Positions 12,576 to 25,900 of a stretch of 64,000 nt of DNA are shown here, one piece after another. A program made the position numbers and the translations under genes. The notes below the pieces were generated by a model. It saw only the letters and a program-made list of their open reading frames with translations, had not been told where the DNA came from and made no database searches. Each line of letters starts with the position of its first letter. Positions within the stretch are counted from its first letter, which is position 1. The DNA is from Squalus acanthias (lineage: Eukaryota), in the NCBI GenBank assembly GCA_030390025.1, contig CM059433.1, positions 25,732,001 through 25,796,000 on the forward strand, read 5' to 3'.

Positions 12576-12660
12576 AGTACATTTACCCACCCCCAGTCAA
12601 ACAGCAGCAGTACCTGCACTGTTTGAAGATCGACCGATAGTTGCAACAACAGGAAATCTA

Positions 12661-15600
12661 TTTATTTACAATTCATAAATTTACAAATTTACAAGTCATG
12701 TTGAAAAATTGATCACTTTGATGCTAAGAAGAGGAGGTGGAGAACGATCGGGGCCTGTGTGTTTAGGCTTCATTCTGATGGCGACAGCAGCAGTTCCTTA
12801 GGCAGCTGTTCGACCAGGTGAGCCTCTGGGCTGGTCAGACACATTCTGACTGTTGGAGAAGTAAAGTCGAAAAGGCCGCTGCATGTGCTCGGAGCTGCTC
12901 CTGGGGGATGTGGAAGAAGGACTCGCAATCCATGGCGTAGCAAGTGATCCTGTTGGGGAAATCTTGAACCAACTGTCATGAAAGGTCCTTTAGGAGGTCC
13001 ATGTAGTTCCCGTTGGGCTCCCCTAGATGGTTCTTGATTAATGAGGAAGCCTAGGCCGATCTAATGAGGGGGACAACCAGTTGCAGTGTTGAGCTACAAG
13101 ACCTGGTGATCTCCTCACTCGTTCCGTCCAGGTGCAACAACAAACGCACAAGGTTGGAATGGATCTGTCAGTAGAAGGAGGATCTGGAACCTCCGATTCC
13201 ACATTTGGTCAAGTTCCCCAACATGCTGAACGTTTCAGCCCGCACTTGATCACACTCGCCGTCAAAGAGCGGTTGAATGCTGGCGAGGATTTTCTTTACA
13301 AAGGGTTGGATGGCACTTGCTCTCTATTTAATGATGTTCTTCGACAGGCACGACAGCACCTCAAATGTTAGCACTTCCTCTTGGTTCTCCTTGGTCCCCA
13401 ACTGACTAAGCATTGTGCTCATCACTTGATGAGACCAGTAATGGGTTACAATTGAAATGTTGCCACGGTCCCTGACACACAGCAACTGGGCAACTGGACA
13501 AGCATCACGCAAACAACTTAGCAATGTGTTCACCAGAGTGTCTGTGAGCTGCAACTGTGAAACCAGTGGTGATTTTAACAGCTCTCCAAAGAAGGAAGCC
13601 ACGATGACGGCCTGACAGTTTTGGATGGTATGGATCTGAGCTGCCAGCTCTTCCACAATGCCAGGCAGGCTGATGCCAGCATATTGAACATTAGTGAACC
13701 AGATGGGTGACCACCGCACAGTCATTGTGGAGACGAAGTCCCGTATTCACACTGAGGACACATTCCATCGTGCTGTGTGGCACTACCACAGTGCTAAATG
13801 GGATAGATTCAGAACAGATCTAGCAGCTGAAAACTGGGCATCCGTGAGGCGCTGTGGGCCATCAGCAGCAGTAGAATTGTATTCCATCACAATATGTAAC
13901 CTCATGGCCCGGCATATCCCTCACTCTACCATTACCATGAAGCCAGGAGACCAACTCTGGTTCAATAGGGAGTGTAGAAGAGCATGCCAGGAGCACCACC
14001 AGGCGTACCTAAAAATGAGGTGCCAACCTGGAGAAGCTGCAACACAGGGCTACATGCATGCTAAAAAGCGGAAGTAGCATGCTGTAGACAACGATCCCAC
14101 AATCAACGGATCAGATCAAAGCTCTGCAGTCGTGCCACATCCAGTCGTGAATGGTGGTGGACCATTAAAAACTAACGGGAGGAGGAGGCTCCATGAATAT
14201 CCCCATCCTCATTGATGGTGGCGCCCAGCACGTGAGTGTAAAAGACAAGGCTGAAGCGTTTGCAACCATCTTCAGCCAAAAGTACCGAGTGGATGATCCA
14301 TATCAGCCTACTCCTGAAGTCCCCACCATCACAGAAGCCAGTCTTCAGCCAATTCGATTCACTCCACGTGATATCAAGAAACGGCTGAGCGCACTGGATA
14401 CAGGAAAGGCTATGGGCCCCGACAACATTCCAGATATCGTGCTAAAGACTTGTGCTCCAGATCAAGCCGCGCCTCGAGCCAAGCTGTTCCAGTACAGCTA
14501 CAATACTAGCATCCAGCCGACAATGTGGAAAACTGCCCAGGTATGTCCTGTCCACAAAAAGATGGACAAATCCAATCCAGCCAATTATCGCCCCATCAGT
14601 CTACACTCAATCATCAGCAAATAGATGGAAGGTGTCATCGACAGTGCTATCAAGCGGCAATTACTCACCAATAACCTGCTCACTGATGCCCAGTTTGGGT
14701 TCCGCAAGACCACTCGGCTCCCGACCTCATTACAGTATTGGTCCAAACATGGACACAGGAGCTGAATTCCAGAGGTGAGGTGAGAGTGACTACCCTTGCC
14801 ATCAAGGCAGCATTTGACTGAGTGTGGCATCAAGGAGCCCTAGTAAAACTGAAGTCAATGGGAATCGGGGGGAAAACTCTCCACTGGCTGAAGTCTTACC
14901 TAGCACAAAGGAAGGTGGTTGTGGTGATTGAAGGTCAATCATCACAGCCCCAGGACATCGCTGTAGGAGTTCCTCAGAGCAGTGTCCTAGGCTCAACCAT
15001 CTCCAGCTGCTTCATCAATGACCGTCCCTGCAACATAAGGTCAGAAATGGGGATGTTTGCTGATGACTGCACAATGATCAGTGCCATTCACAACTCCTCA
15101 GATAATGAAGCAGTCCATGCCCGCAAGCAACAAGACCTGGACGACACACCATCCTGACTTGGAAATAAATCGCCGATCCTTCCCAACAGCACTGTGGGAG
15201 TACCTTCACCACACGGACTGCAGCGGTTCAAGAAGGCAGCTCACCACCACCTTCTCAAGGGCAATTAGGGATGGACAATAAATACTGGCCTTGCCAGCTA
15301 CACCCACATCCAATAAATGAATTAAAAAAAAAATTGCACCATTGCTCTGCCCAGCATTTCAACCCCCTTGTCAAATATGCGGAGGTTCTTCATCTGGTCC
15401 CATCCTCCACTGTTCACCATGTAAGTAGCTACTTCTTTATTATTTGTCCAAGCTAGCGGGTCCTTTAGTGTCCTCACACGGTTCACACACACATCTCTAC
15501 ATTTAGGTGTTTGAAGCTCAGCTGAGAATTGTCTCTTGTTCGATTTCATCAGGAGCAAAACCATTGAGCAGAGAAACATTAACGCAAGAGTTGCAATGAA

Positions 15601-18600
15601 TGAGCAGGGCACTGAATAACTGCGGGATTAATGTAATCACCGCCGTTATCGACTCGGACTTAGTTATCATCTGCCACAGCCCACAAACGGCAGCCAGGGA
15701 TTCAAGGTTGAATACTGTGGCGTTTTCTCACTGACAGGTTCTGCTCATTGCAAATGGTAACTGCTTTTTCAGTGTGTCCAGCAGCTCTCCCATTGTACTC
15801 ATGGCACATTCTGTGTCCTCAACCAGTGATCTCCACATGTCACTGATGTACTTGTCCAAAGGGACAGGGTAGTTGAGGAGACAGGCACAACAGTTGCTGT
15901 GGTTGTGTGAGCCAGAATGGCGATACTACACAGAGCTGAAAGTTTCACCTGCTCATAAGGAATTGACTGCAATTGAAGCCTCAGCACGTCAATGATCTCC
16001 GAGGCCTGGTCCCCAAGTTCACTGCCTCGTCTATTAATAGTGGTTTGCATGAGAGCAGCGGCTGCATTGGAATAGCTGGGGTGTTGGTCGGACAGTCCTT
16101 TGAAGACCATGAAGTGTAAGTTGCCCAGTTGGTCACAGGGCAATCATTTGGAAATGACCTCTGTGATTTGAGAGCATGATTGAAAGAGGACTGAAGTGTC
16201 AGGGTTAACTAACTGTTCTCTGACTCTTTTCAGTACCTCTCACTGCTCCGTTTGCTGAACCAGATTGGTGCCTTCACACGACAAATGAATGGCCAGGATT
16301 ATGTACAAAGTGTCCAGGGACATCTGTCAAACGGGAAGCGATGGGTCTGCACAACGCGGCATCAGTCATCCAATCAGAGTCCCCGTGTTAATTTCAGGCG
16401 CTACATTACTAAGATTGAGCTTCCTCCAGTAAAGTTTCAGAAGCTCTAAGGTCGTTTCCATGGCTCTCTCTCGTTCATAGTCTTTTGTTGAAATGATCCA
16501 GGCTTCTACACGATTGAAAATGGCCTCAAGTCCTTGAGGGGACAGGTCCTGAAATAATATTTGCTTCAGAAGATTTTGCAGCAAATCTCTGATTTGGGTA
16601 TAAAGTGTAGCCCATTCCTTTGTATTATCATTTGTGTCCAGGTCATCGTTCAGTTCTGGAGGTACCAAGCCGAAAGTACTGATCAGGCAGCTTTGAATCA
16701 ATTGGCAGGTGTCAGCTTGGTTTGTTTCAGTGTATAGTTGCACGAGATGCGTGCAGGCGTTCATGGCTAACTGTCGAACAGGGCTCGGCCTCGATAAGAT
16801 CCTGCATGTACGTAAGCAGCACCCTGTTTGTGATAAATTGATGGGAATTTTCCGGAGATTTAAATATAGGGATCTGGCTATCTGAGTCAAGGTCTGTTTT
16901 AGGCTGAGCTTTAGTGTGAGATCCCTGGATTCAGCCTTTATCCCCTGCCTACTTGTAATTAAATGACTAACAGCTGCCAGAATGTGGCTCTCGATGTTGA
17001 ACAGCAGTTCCTCAGGTGCACAGACTGCCATGTTCCCTTCACACAGAACCAGTGTGCTCTTGACTTTATCCAATTCCTCCTTGAGCCGAAATCTGTTGGA
17101 GTTAGCAAACTCTTCCAGCCTACTGAGCGTATCATCAAAATGTGCCTTGGCACAGATACCAATGATGAAGGCTGTTCCCTATCTCTCCGCACTCTCACTG
17201 TGCTGCACACTCAGTAGCATTTGGTGAAGCTCCTCCTTTACGTTCTTAGTGTGGGTCTGGCAGAGCACTGACGCAAGAGATTAATACAGAAAGCCCTTCT
17301 CTTGTGGGGAATGATGGTTAGTGTTGATCTGTTTTGATATTTCATTCGCAAGCTGACATGTCCATTCCTCGTCATCAATCGTATTTAAAGCTAGGCACAA
17401 TACAGCCAATAATTTATTCTCCCATTTTGATTGGGTCAGAGACTCCTCTGAATTTTCCAGTAAATGGTCAACTAATGGTGCAAGCTCCTCTTTCCACCAC
17501 CTCACTGATTCTGGGAGGATATTGAGACTCAGGACTTTAAGCACACTCAGTGCTGCAGCTCCTCGGCCTCCTCCGTGATAAAGGCAACAAGTCACAATGA
17601 GGAACCGGGTCAGCAGTGCCTGGGGTTTAGGGAGATTGGCATCTTCATTGTAAGTAAGGGAAAAACCTTCACTACCGGCTCGCAGTTTCATTTTCCCAAT
17701 ATGTGCTGAACAACTGCAGATTATTGTTAAAGCCTTGATGTACTGGGTCATAGTGACAAGCTCCAGTAAGGATGGCCAAAGGACATCCTTCATCTTCACT
17801 GCATTTGTGATCAAACACATCACTCTTTCACACAGTATGACTAATTCTTCATCTGTTACTGGGTGTGGCTGATGATTGGGTGGTATCAGGGTCCCTGAAC
17901 CAACTGGTACAGCACACTGTTGGATGAGGAATTACACCTTTGCCAATCCTCCCTCTGGCTCAAGGTAACCTTGCTGGGCCATGACACATATTACCTGGGC
18001 AATTAGCTTCTTCTCCTGATTGCTGTTCTTGTCTAGAAGTACTGGTTTTATTGCAGCCACAACCTGAGCCTTCTTCCTATCCAAGTGTGATGAAGTGATG
18101 AAGTGCTTTCGTACAGTGAGTGTTCCTACTCTCATTTGTTGGTCAGCGTTCTCTAACTGAGATAAGAAAAATTCCACCATTTTGTCTGCATAAGCTGGGG
18201 CCAGAACTCTGAAACAGCGAAGGATCTCAGTCTGGTTCTTCACAGCAAGATGATCAGTAGACTCCAGCGAAACACAAATCTGCTGGTGGAGCTTGTTAAG
18301 CAGGAAGTCCATTTGTGTTTTTAGCCCGAGACACTTTAACTATGTCACAACATCCATCTCTTGCAGAAATGCAGTTTGTACCACTTTGCTGTATTTTGTC
18401 CACCCCTGGGTTTCTGTGTTGTCATGGTTTTCATTGTGAGGCAGCGTTAAATAACTTCTCAGTTGTGATGAGGTCATGGGTCATGTGCCCATATAAGTCC
18501 TGCCAGATGTTTGTGTCAGTTTACGGTGGGTGGTGGGGGTTAAGGCCCAGACCTGAGATTCAGACCATACGGACAAGGCAACATTCGCAACCCTTGGCAG

Positions 18601-18860
18601 CCATATTGGATTGAGCAGCTGTTTGTTCCTAATAAAGAACCCACCGCAAGATGGACACTCAGAGTACTTGTGACAAAAGATGTAGAAATGGGAGTGTAGG
18701 ACAGACCTTTCCAGCAGAATTGCCCCAAATTGGGAGGTTCATTGTCAGGGATTGAAGCTGCTTAATGATGTCATCAGGAAGTTGCTGTGACATCAGAGCG
18801 GTCCGGTGTGACATCAGAGCGGTCCATTGTGACATTTGTTCCACTCGTCTCTCCTTTAAA
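12661..18860 (-). pseudogene. MROH1: MROH1-like processed pseudogene, copy 2 (near full length, 5'-truncated, split by the LINE at 13693-15333)
   Basis: Collinear fragments LHQQICVSLES..NQTEILRCF, VLWPSLLE..GRGAAAL..PQEKGFLY, DKVKSTLVLC..DLTLKLSL..SPQGL, GGWDQM and SFFGELL follow the MROH1 order as recalled, without introns. Confidence 0.85.
13693..15333 (+). mobile_element. Truncated CR1/L2-group LINE in copy 2, with an ~0.6-kb internal deletion
   Basis: ORFs at 13694, 14193 and 14822 carry RT motifs (NYRPISL, GVPQ, FADD); A-rich tail. Confidence 0.9.
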
Positions 18861-18862
18861 AC

Positions 18863-19200
18863 CCTTGTTGTCTATTGCCTACCACCCCAGATTTCTCACC
18901 CACAAATCCTCCCTGTTTTCCTCCTTCAGCCTCTGCACTCAGTGACTCCTCATCCTCGGATATTTCAATCTCCATCTCAACTCCCCTTATCCTTTCTCTT
19001 CCGATTTTACTGCCCTCCTGTTTTCCCTTAAACACTCCTACCCATCACGTCCACCCCTCTACTTTGCCATCTCTCCTGGCCTCACCACTTGCATGGTCTC
19101 AATCACTGACAAGGCCATGTCTGACCATTGATTTTATTAACCGTAACCCCCCCATCACCTTCCAACCTTATTTTCATCTGCGTACACACCTGCAAAAAAC
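18863..19200 (+). mobile_element. Degenerate L2-like endonuclease fragment (also at ~29130-29470 and ~48667-49000)
   Basis: LVVYCLPP and ILGxFNLH-like remnants of APE motifs, repeated in three units. Confidence 0.5.
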
Positions 19201-19446
19201 CCTCTACAGGAAGATACGTACATTAGGAACAGAAGGAGGCCATTCAGCCCCTTGGGTGTGCTCCACCATTCAATTAGATCATTGCTTATCTGTACCTCAA
19301 CTCCATTTACCCAACTTTACTCGATATGCCTTCATAACCTTACCTAAGAAAAATCTATCAATCTGATTTCACTGATCAATGATTCATGTCACACCATTAT
19401 GTAGCACCTATTCAGATAGAGCTCTATACCTCTCCACTCGCTCAGC

Positions 19447-21007
19447 AACAACAACTACTAATATTAACATAGCGTCTTTAAAGTAGTAAAATGTCCCAAA
19501 GTGCTTCACAGGAGTTTTATTACACAATATTTGACACCGAGGCACATAGGGTGAAATTAAGGTGAAATTAGGGCAGATGACCAAAAGCTTGGTCAAAGAG
19601 GTAGGTTTTAAAGAGCGTCTCAATGGAAGAAAGATATGTAGAGAGGTGGAGAGGTTTAGGCAGGGAATTCCAGAGCTTGGGGCCTTGGCAGCTGAAGGCA
19701 TAGCCACCAGTGGTTGAGCTATTAAATTTAGGAATGCTCTAGAATCCAGATTTAGGGGAGTGCAGATATCTCGGGGTGGAGCGGGGGGGGGGGCGGGGGC
19801 GGGGTGATTGTGGGGCTGGAGGAGATTACAGAGATAGGGAGGGGTGCGGCCATCGAGGGATTTGAAAACAAGGAGAATTTTAAAATCAAGGCATTGATTA
19901 ACCGGGAGCCAATGTAGTTCAGCGAGCACAGGGGTGATAGGTGAACGGGACTTGGTGCGAGTTAGGACACAGGCAGCCGAGTTTTGGATTACCTCAAGTT
20001 TACATAGGGTAGAACGTTGGAGGCTAGCCATGAGTGCATTGGAATAGTCAATTCTAGAGGTAACAAAAAAATGGAGGAGGATTTCAGCAACAGATGAGCT
20101 GAGACAGGGGTGAATTTGGGCGATGTTTCGAAGGTGGAAATAGGCGGTCTTAGTTATAGCGTGGATATGTGGCCGAAAGCTAATTTCTGGGTCCAATATG
20201 GCACCAAGGTTGCGAAGAGTCTGGATCAGACTCAGACAGATGCTATGGAGAAGGATGGAGTCAATAACTAAGGAACGGAGTTTGCTGGGGGATCTGATGA
20301 CAATGGCTTTGGTCTTCCCAATATTTAGTTGGAGGAAATTTCTGCTCATCCAGTACTCGATGCAGTCTGACAATTTAGAGACCGTGGAGGGATCGAGAGA
20401 AGTGGTGGTGAGGTAGAGCTGGGTGTCGTCAGCTTACATGTGTAAACTGAAGCTGTATTTTCAGATGATGTCGCCGAGGGGCAACATGTCGATGAGAAAT
20501 AGGAGGGGCCCCAGGATAGATCCCTGGGCGACACCAGATGTAATGATGCGGGAGCGGGAAGAGAAGCCGTTGCATGTGATTCTCTGGCTACGATTAGATA
20601 GATAAGAATGGAACCAGGCGAGTGCAGTCCCACCCAGCTGGACGACAGTGGAGAGGCGTTGGAGGAGGATGGAGTGGTCAATCATGTCAAAGGCTGCATA
20701 CAAGTCAAGGAGGACGAGGAGGGATAGTTTACCTTTGTCATAGTCACATACGATGTCATTTACGATTTTGATAAGAGCCGTTTCAATACTGTGGAAGGGG
20801 CGGAAACCTGATCCAAACATGGAGTTCCGATAAAGATGGGCATGGATTGGGGATGCGACAACACGTTCAAGGAATTTGGAGAGGAAAAGGAGGTTGAGAT
20901 GGGATGGTACTAGGCAAGGACAGAGGGGTCAAGGGTTGGTTTTTGAGGAAATGGATAATGACAGCAGATTTGAAAGAGAGAGAACCATTAACAATATTAG
21001 CTAACAT
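19447..21007 (-). mobile_element. L2-type LINE fragment (unit copy)
   Basis: ORFs 19408..20373 and 20461..20820 carry L2 RT motifs. Confidence 0.9.
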
Positions 21008-21021
21008 GGGAGCCAGAAGAG

Positions 21022-21350
21022 GGTGTTTGTGTGTGTGTGTGTGTGTGTTAGGGTGAGGGTATGTGTACGTGTGTGTGTGTGCGCGTGAGGGTGTGTGTGT
21101 GTGAGAGGCTGAGGGTGTGTGAGGTTGTGTGTGTGTGTGAGAGGGTGTGTGTGTGTCTGTGTGCGAGGGTGAGGTTGTGTGTGTGTGTGTGTGTGAGAGG
21201 GTGAGGGGCTGTGAGGATGTGTGTGTGCGTGTGAGTCTGTGTGTGTGTCTGTGTGTGAGGGTGAGGTTGTGTGTGTGTGTGTGTAAGAGGCTGAGGGGGT
21301 GTGAGGTTGTATGTGTGTGTGTGTACGTGTGAGGGTGTGTGTGTGAGTAC
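21022..21350. repeat. (GT)n-rich compound microsatellite
   Basis: Direct reading. Confidence 0.9.
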
Positions 21351-21430
21351 TTTTACCCACCGCCAGTCACACAGCAGCGGTACCTGCACTGTTTGAAGAT
21401 CGACCGATAGTTGCAACAACAGGAAATCTA

Positions 21431-22151
21431 TTTATTTACAATTCATAAATTTACAAATTTACAAGTCATGTTGAAAAATTGATCAGTTTGATGCTAAGAA
21501 GAGGAGGTGGAGAACGATCGGGGCCTGTGTATTTAGGCTTCATTCTGATGGCAACAGCAGCAGTTCCTTAGGCAGCTGTTCCGCCAGGTGAGCCTCTGGG
21601 CAGGTCAGACACGTTCTGACTGTTGGAGAAGTAAAGTTGAAAAGGCCGCTGCATGTGCTCGGAGCTGCTCCTGGGGATTGTGGAAGAAGTACTCGCAATC
21701 CATGGCGTAGGAAGTGATCCTGTTGGGGAGTGTTGAGCTACAAGACCTGGTGACCTCCTCACTCGTTCCGTCCAGGTGCAACAACAAACGCACAAGGTTG
21801 GAATGGATCTGTCAGTAGAAGGAGGATCTGGAACCTCCGATTCCACATTTGGTCAAGTTCCCCAACATGCTGAACGGTTCAGCCCGCACTTGATCACACT
21901 CGCCGTCGAAGAGTGGTTGAATGCTGGTGAGGATTTTCTTCACAAAGGGTTGGATGGCACTTGCTCTCTATTTAATGATGTTCTTCGACAGGCACGACAG
22001 CACCTCAAATGTTAGCACTTCCTCTTAGTTCTCCTTGGTCCCCAACTGACTAAGCATTGTGCTCATCACTTGAGGAGACCAGTAATGGGCTCCAATTGAA
22101 ATGTTGCCACGGTCCCTGACACACAGCAACTGGGCAACTGGACAAGCATCA
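21431..22151 (-). pseudogene. MROH1: MROH1-like 3' fragment truncated at a duplication junction
   Basis: Homologous to 12661-13506, with an ~126-bp internal deletion at ~21729; ends abruptly in the GT tract at 22152. Confidence 0.8.
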
Positions 22152-22175
22152 TTGTGTGTGTGTGCGAGTGTATAA

Positions 22176-22212
<37 letters not shown>

Positions 22213-22843
22213 AGGCTGAGGGAGTGTCTGTGTGAGGGTGTGTGAGGTTGTGTGCGTGTGGGGGAGAGGGTGAGGGTGTGTGAGGTTGTGTGTGTGTGTG
22301 TCTGTGTGAGAGGGTGAAGGTGTGTGAGGTTGTGTGTGTGTGTGTCTGTGTGAGAGGGTGGGGGTGTGTGAGGTTGTGTGTGTGTGTGTGTGAGAGGGTG
22401 AGGGTGTTTGAGGTTGTGTGTGTGTGTGTCTGTGTGAGAGGGTGGGGGTGTGTGAGGTTGTGTGTGTGTGTGTGAGAGGGTGAGGGAGTGTGAGGTTTTG
22501 TGTGTGTGTGTGTGTGAGAGTGAGGGTGTGTGAGGTTGTGTGTGTGTGTGTGTGAGAGGGTGAGGGTGTGTGAGGTTTTGTGTGTGTGTGTGTGTGTGAG
22601 AGGCTGAGGGTGTGTGATGTTGTGTGTATGTGTGCGTGATTGTGTGTGTGCGTGAGGGTGTGTGTGTGTCTGTGTGAGACTGTGTGAGGCTTTGTGTGTG
22701 TGTGTGTGAGAGGGTGAGGGTGTGTGAGGTTGTGTGTGTGTGTGTCTGTGTGCGAGGGTGAGGTTGTGTGTGTGTGTGTGTGAGAGGGTGAGGGTGGGTC
22801 AGGTTGTATGTGTGTGTACGTACGTGTGAGGGTGAGGGTATGA
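22152..22843. repeat. Expanded (GT)n compound repeat, duplicate of ~11929-12575
   Basis: Same interruption pattern (gcgagtgtataagtgtatg ... gtacgtacgtgtgag). Confidence 0.95.
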
Positions 22844-22927
22844 GTACATTTACCCACCCCCAGTCAAACAGCAGCAGTACCTGCACTGTTTGAAGATCGA
22901 CCGATAGTTGCAACAACAGGAAATCTA

Positions 22928-25900
22928 TTTATTTACAATTCATAAATTTACAAATTTACAAGTCATGTTGAAAAATTGATCACTTTGATGCTAAGAAGAG
23001 GAGGTGGAGAACGATCGGGGCCTGTGTGTTTAGGCTTCATTCTGATGGCGACAGCAGCAGTTCCTTAGGCAGCTGTTCGACCAGGTGAGCCTCTGGGCTG
23101 GTCAGACACATTCTGACTGTTGGAGAAGTAAAGTCGAAAAGGCCGGTGCATGAGCTCGGAGCTGCTCCTGGGGGATGTGGAAGAAGGACTCGCAATCCAT
23201 GGCGTAGCAAGTGATCCTGTTGGGGAAATCTTGAACCAACTGTCATAAAAGGTTCTTTAGGAGGTCCATGTAGTTCCTGTTGGGCTCCCCTAGATGTTTC
23301 TTGATTAATGAGGAAGCCTAGGCCGATCCAATGAGGGGGACAACCAGTTGCAGTGTTGAGCTACAAGACGTGGTGAGCTCCTCACTCGTTCCGTCCAGGT
23401 GCAACAACAAACGCACAAGGTTGGAATGGATCTGTCAGTAGAAGGAGGATCTGGAACCTCCGATTCCACATTTGGTCAAGTTCCCCAACATGCTGAACGG
23501 TTCAGCCCGCACTTGATCACACTCGCCGTCAAAGAGTGGTTGAATGCTGGCGAGGATTTTCTTTACAAAGGGTTGGATGGGACTAGCTCTCTATTTAATG
23601 ATGTTCTTCGACAGGCACGACAGCACCTCAAATGTTAGCACTTCCTCTTGGTTCTCCTTGGTCCCCAACTGACTAAGCATTGTGCTCATCACTTGAGGAG
23701 ACCAGTAATGGGCTCCAATTGAAATGTTGTCAAGGTCCCTGACACACAGCAACTGGGCAACTGGACAAGCATCACGCAAACAACTTAGCAATGTGTTCAC
23801 CAGAGTCTCTGTGAGCTGCAACTGTGAAACCAGTGGTGATTTTAACAGCTCTCCAAAGAAGGAAGCCACGATGACGGCCTGACAGTTTTGGATGGTATGG
23901 ATCTGAGCTGCCAGCTCTTCCACAATGCCAGGCAGGCTGATGCCAGCATATTGAACATTAGTGAACCAGATGGGTGACCACCGCACAGTCATTGTGGAGA
24001 CGAAGTCCCGTATTCACACTGAGGACACATTCCATCGTGCTGTGTGGCACTACCACAGTGCTAAATGGGATAGATTCAGAACAGATCTAGCAGCTGAAAA
24101 CTGGGCATCCGTGAGGCGCTGTGGGCCATCAGCAGCAGTAGAATTGTATTCCATCACAATATGTAACCTCATGGCCCGGCATATCCCTCACTCTACCATT
24201 ACCATGAAGCCAGGAGACCAACTCTGGTTCAATAGGGAGTGTAGAAGAGCATGCCAGGAGCACCACCAGGCGTACCTAAAAATGAGGTGCCAACCTGGAG
24301 AAGCTGCAACACAGGGCTACATGCATGCTAAAAAGCGGAAGTAGCATGCTGTAGACAACGATCCCACAATCAACGGATCAGATCAAAGCTCTGCAGTCCT
24401 GCCACATCCAGTCGTGAATGGTGCTGGACCATTAAAAACTAACGGGAGGAGGAGGCTCCATGAATATCCCCATCCTCATTGATGGTGGCGCCCAGCACGT
24501 GAGTGTAAAAGACAAGGCTGAAGCGTTTGCAACCATCTTCAGCCAAAAGTACCGAGTGGATGATCCATATCAGCCTACTCCTGAAGTCCCCACCATCACA
24601 GAAGCCAGTCTTCAGCCAATTCGATTCACTCCACGTGATATCAAGAAACGGCTGAGCGCACTGGATACAGGAAAGGCTATGGGCCCCGACAACATTCCAG
24701 ATATCGTGCTAAAGACTTGTGCTCCAGATCAAGCCGCGCCTCGAGCCAAGCTGTTCCAGTACAGCTACAATACTAGCATCCAGCCGACAATGTGGAAAAC
24801 TGCCCAGGTATGTCCTGTCCACAAAAAGATGGACAAATCCAATCCAGCCAATTATCGCCCCATCAGTCTACACTCAATCATCAGCAAATAGATGGAAGGT
24901 GTCATCGACAGTGCTATCAAGCGGCAATTACTCACCAATAACCTGCTCACTGATGCCCAGTTTGGGTTCCGCAAGACCACTCGGCTCCCGACCTCATTAC
25001 AGTATTGGTCCAAACATGGACACAGGAGCTGAATTCCAGAGGTGAGGTGAGAGTGACTACCCTTGCCATCAAGGCAGCATTTGACTGAGTGTGGCATCAA
25101 GGAGCCCTAGTAAAACTGAAGTCAATGGGAATCGGGGGGAAAACTCTCCACTGGCTGAAGTCTTACCTAGCACAAAGGAAGGTGGTTGTGGTGATTGAAG
25201 GTCAATCATCACAGCCCCAGGACATCGCTGTAGGAGTTCCTCAGAGCAGTGTCCTAGGCTCAACCATCTCCAGCTGCTTCATCAATGACCGTCCCTGCAA
25301 CATAAGGTCAGAAATGGGGATGTTTGCTGATGACTGCACAATGATCAGTGCCATTCACAACTCCTCAGATAATGAAGCAGTCCATGCCCGCAAGCAACAA
25401 GACCTGGACGACACACCATCCTGACTTGGAAATAAATCGCCGATCCTTCCCAACAGCACTGTGGGAGTACCTTCACCACACGGACTGCAGCGGTTCAAGA
25501 AGGCAGCTCACCACCACCTTCTCAAGGGCAATTAGGGATGGACAATAAATACTGGCCTTGCCAGCTACACCCACATCCAATAAATGAATTAAAAAAAAAA
25601 TTGCACCATTGCTCTGCCCAGCATTTCAACCCCCTTGTCAAATATGCGGAGGTTCTTCATCTGGTCCCATCCTCCACTGTTCACCATGTAAGTAGCTACT
25701 TCTTTATTATTTGTCCAAGCTAGCGGGTCCTTTAGTGTCCTCACACGGTTCACACACACATCTCTACATTTAGGTGTTTGAAGCTCAGCTGAGAATTGTC
25801 TCTTGTTCGATTTCATCAGGAGCAAAACCATTGAGCAGAGAAACATTAACGCAAGAGTTGCAATGAATGAGCAGGGCACTGAATAACTGCGGGATTAATG

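Noticed and set aside
11873..12649. Long His/Thr-rich ORFs (also at 21001-21419, 22066-22916 and 31267-31685)
   Set aside because: They are translations of (CA)n compound microsatellites and are open in several frames.
12661..18860. A functional multi-exon MROH gene
   Set aside because: The fragments are contiguous, separated by stops and frameshifts rather than introns, and disrupted by a LINE in every copy.
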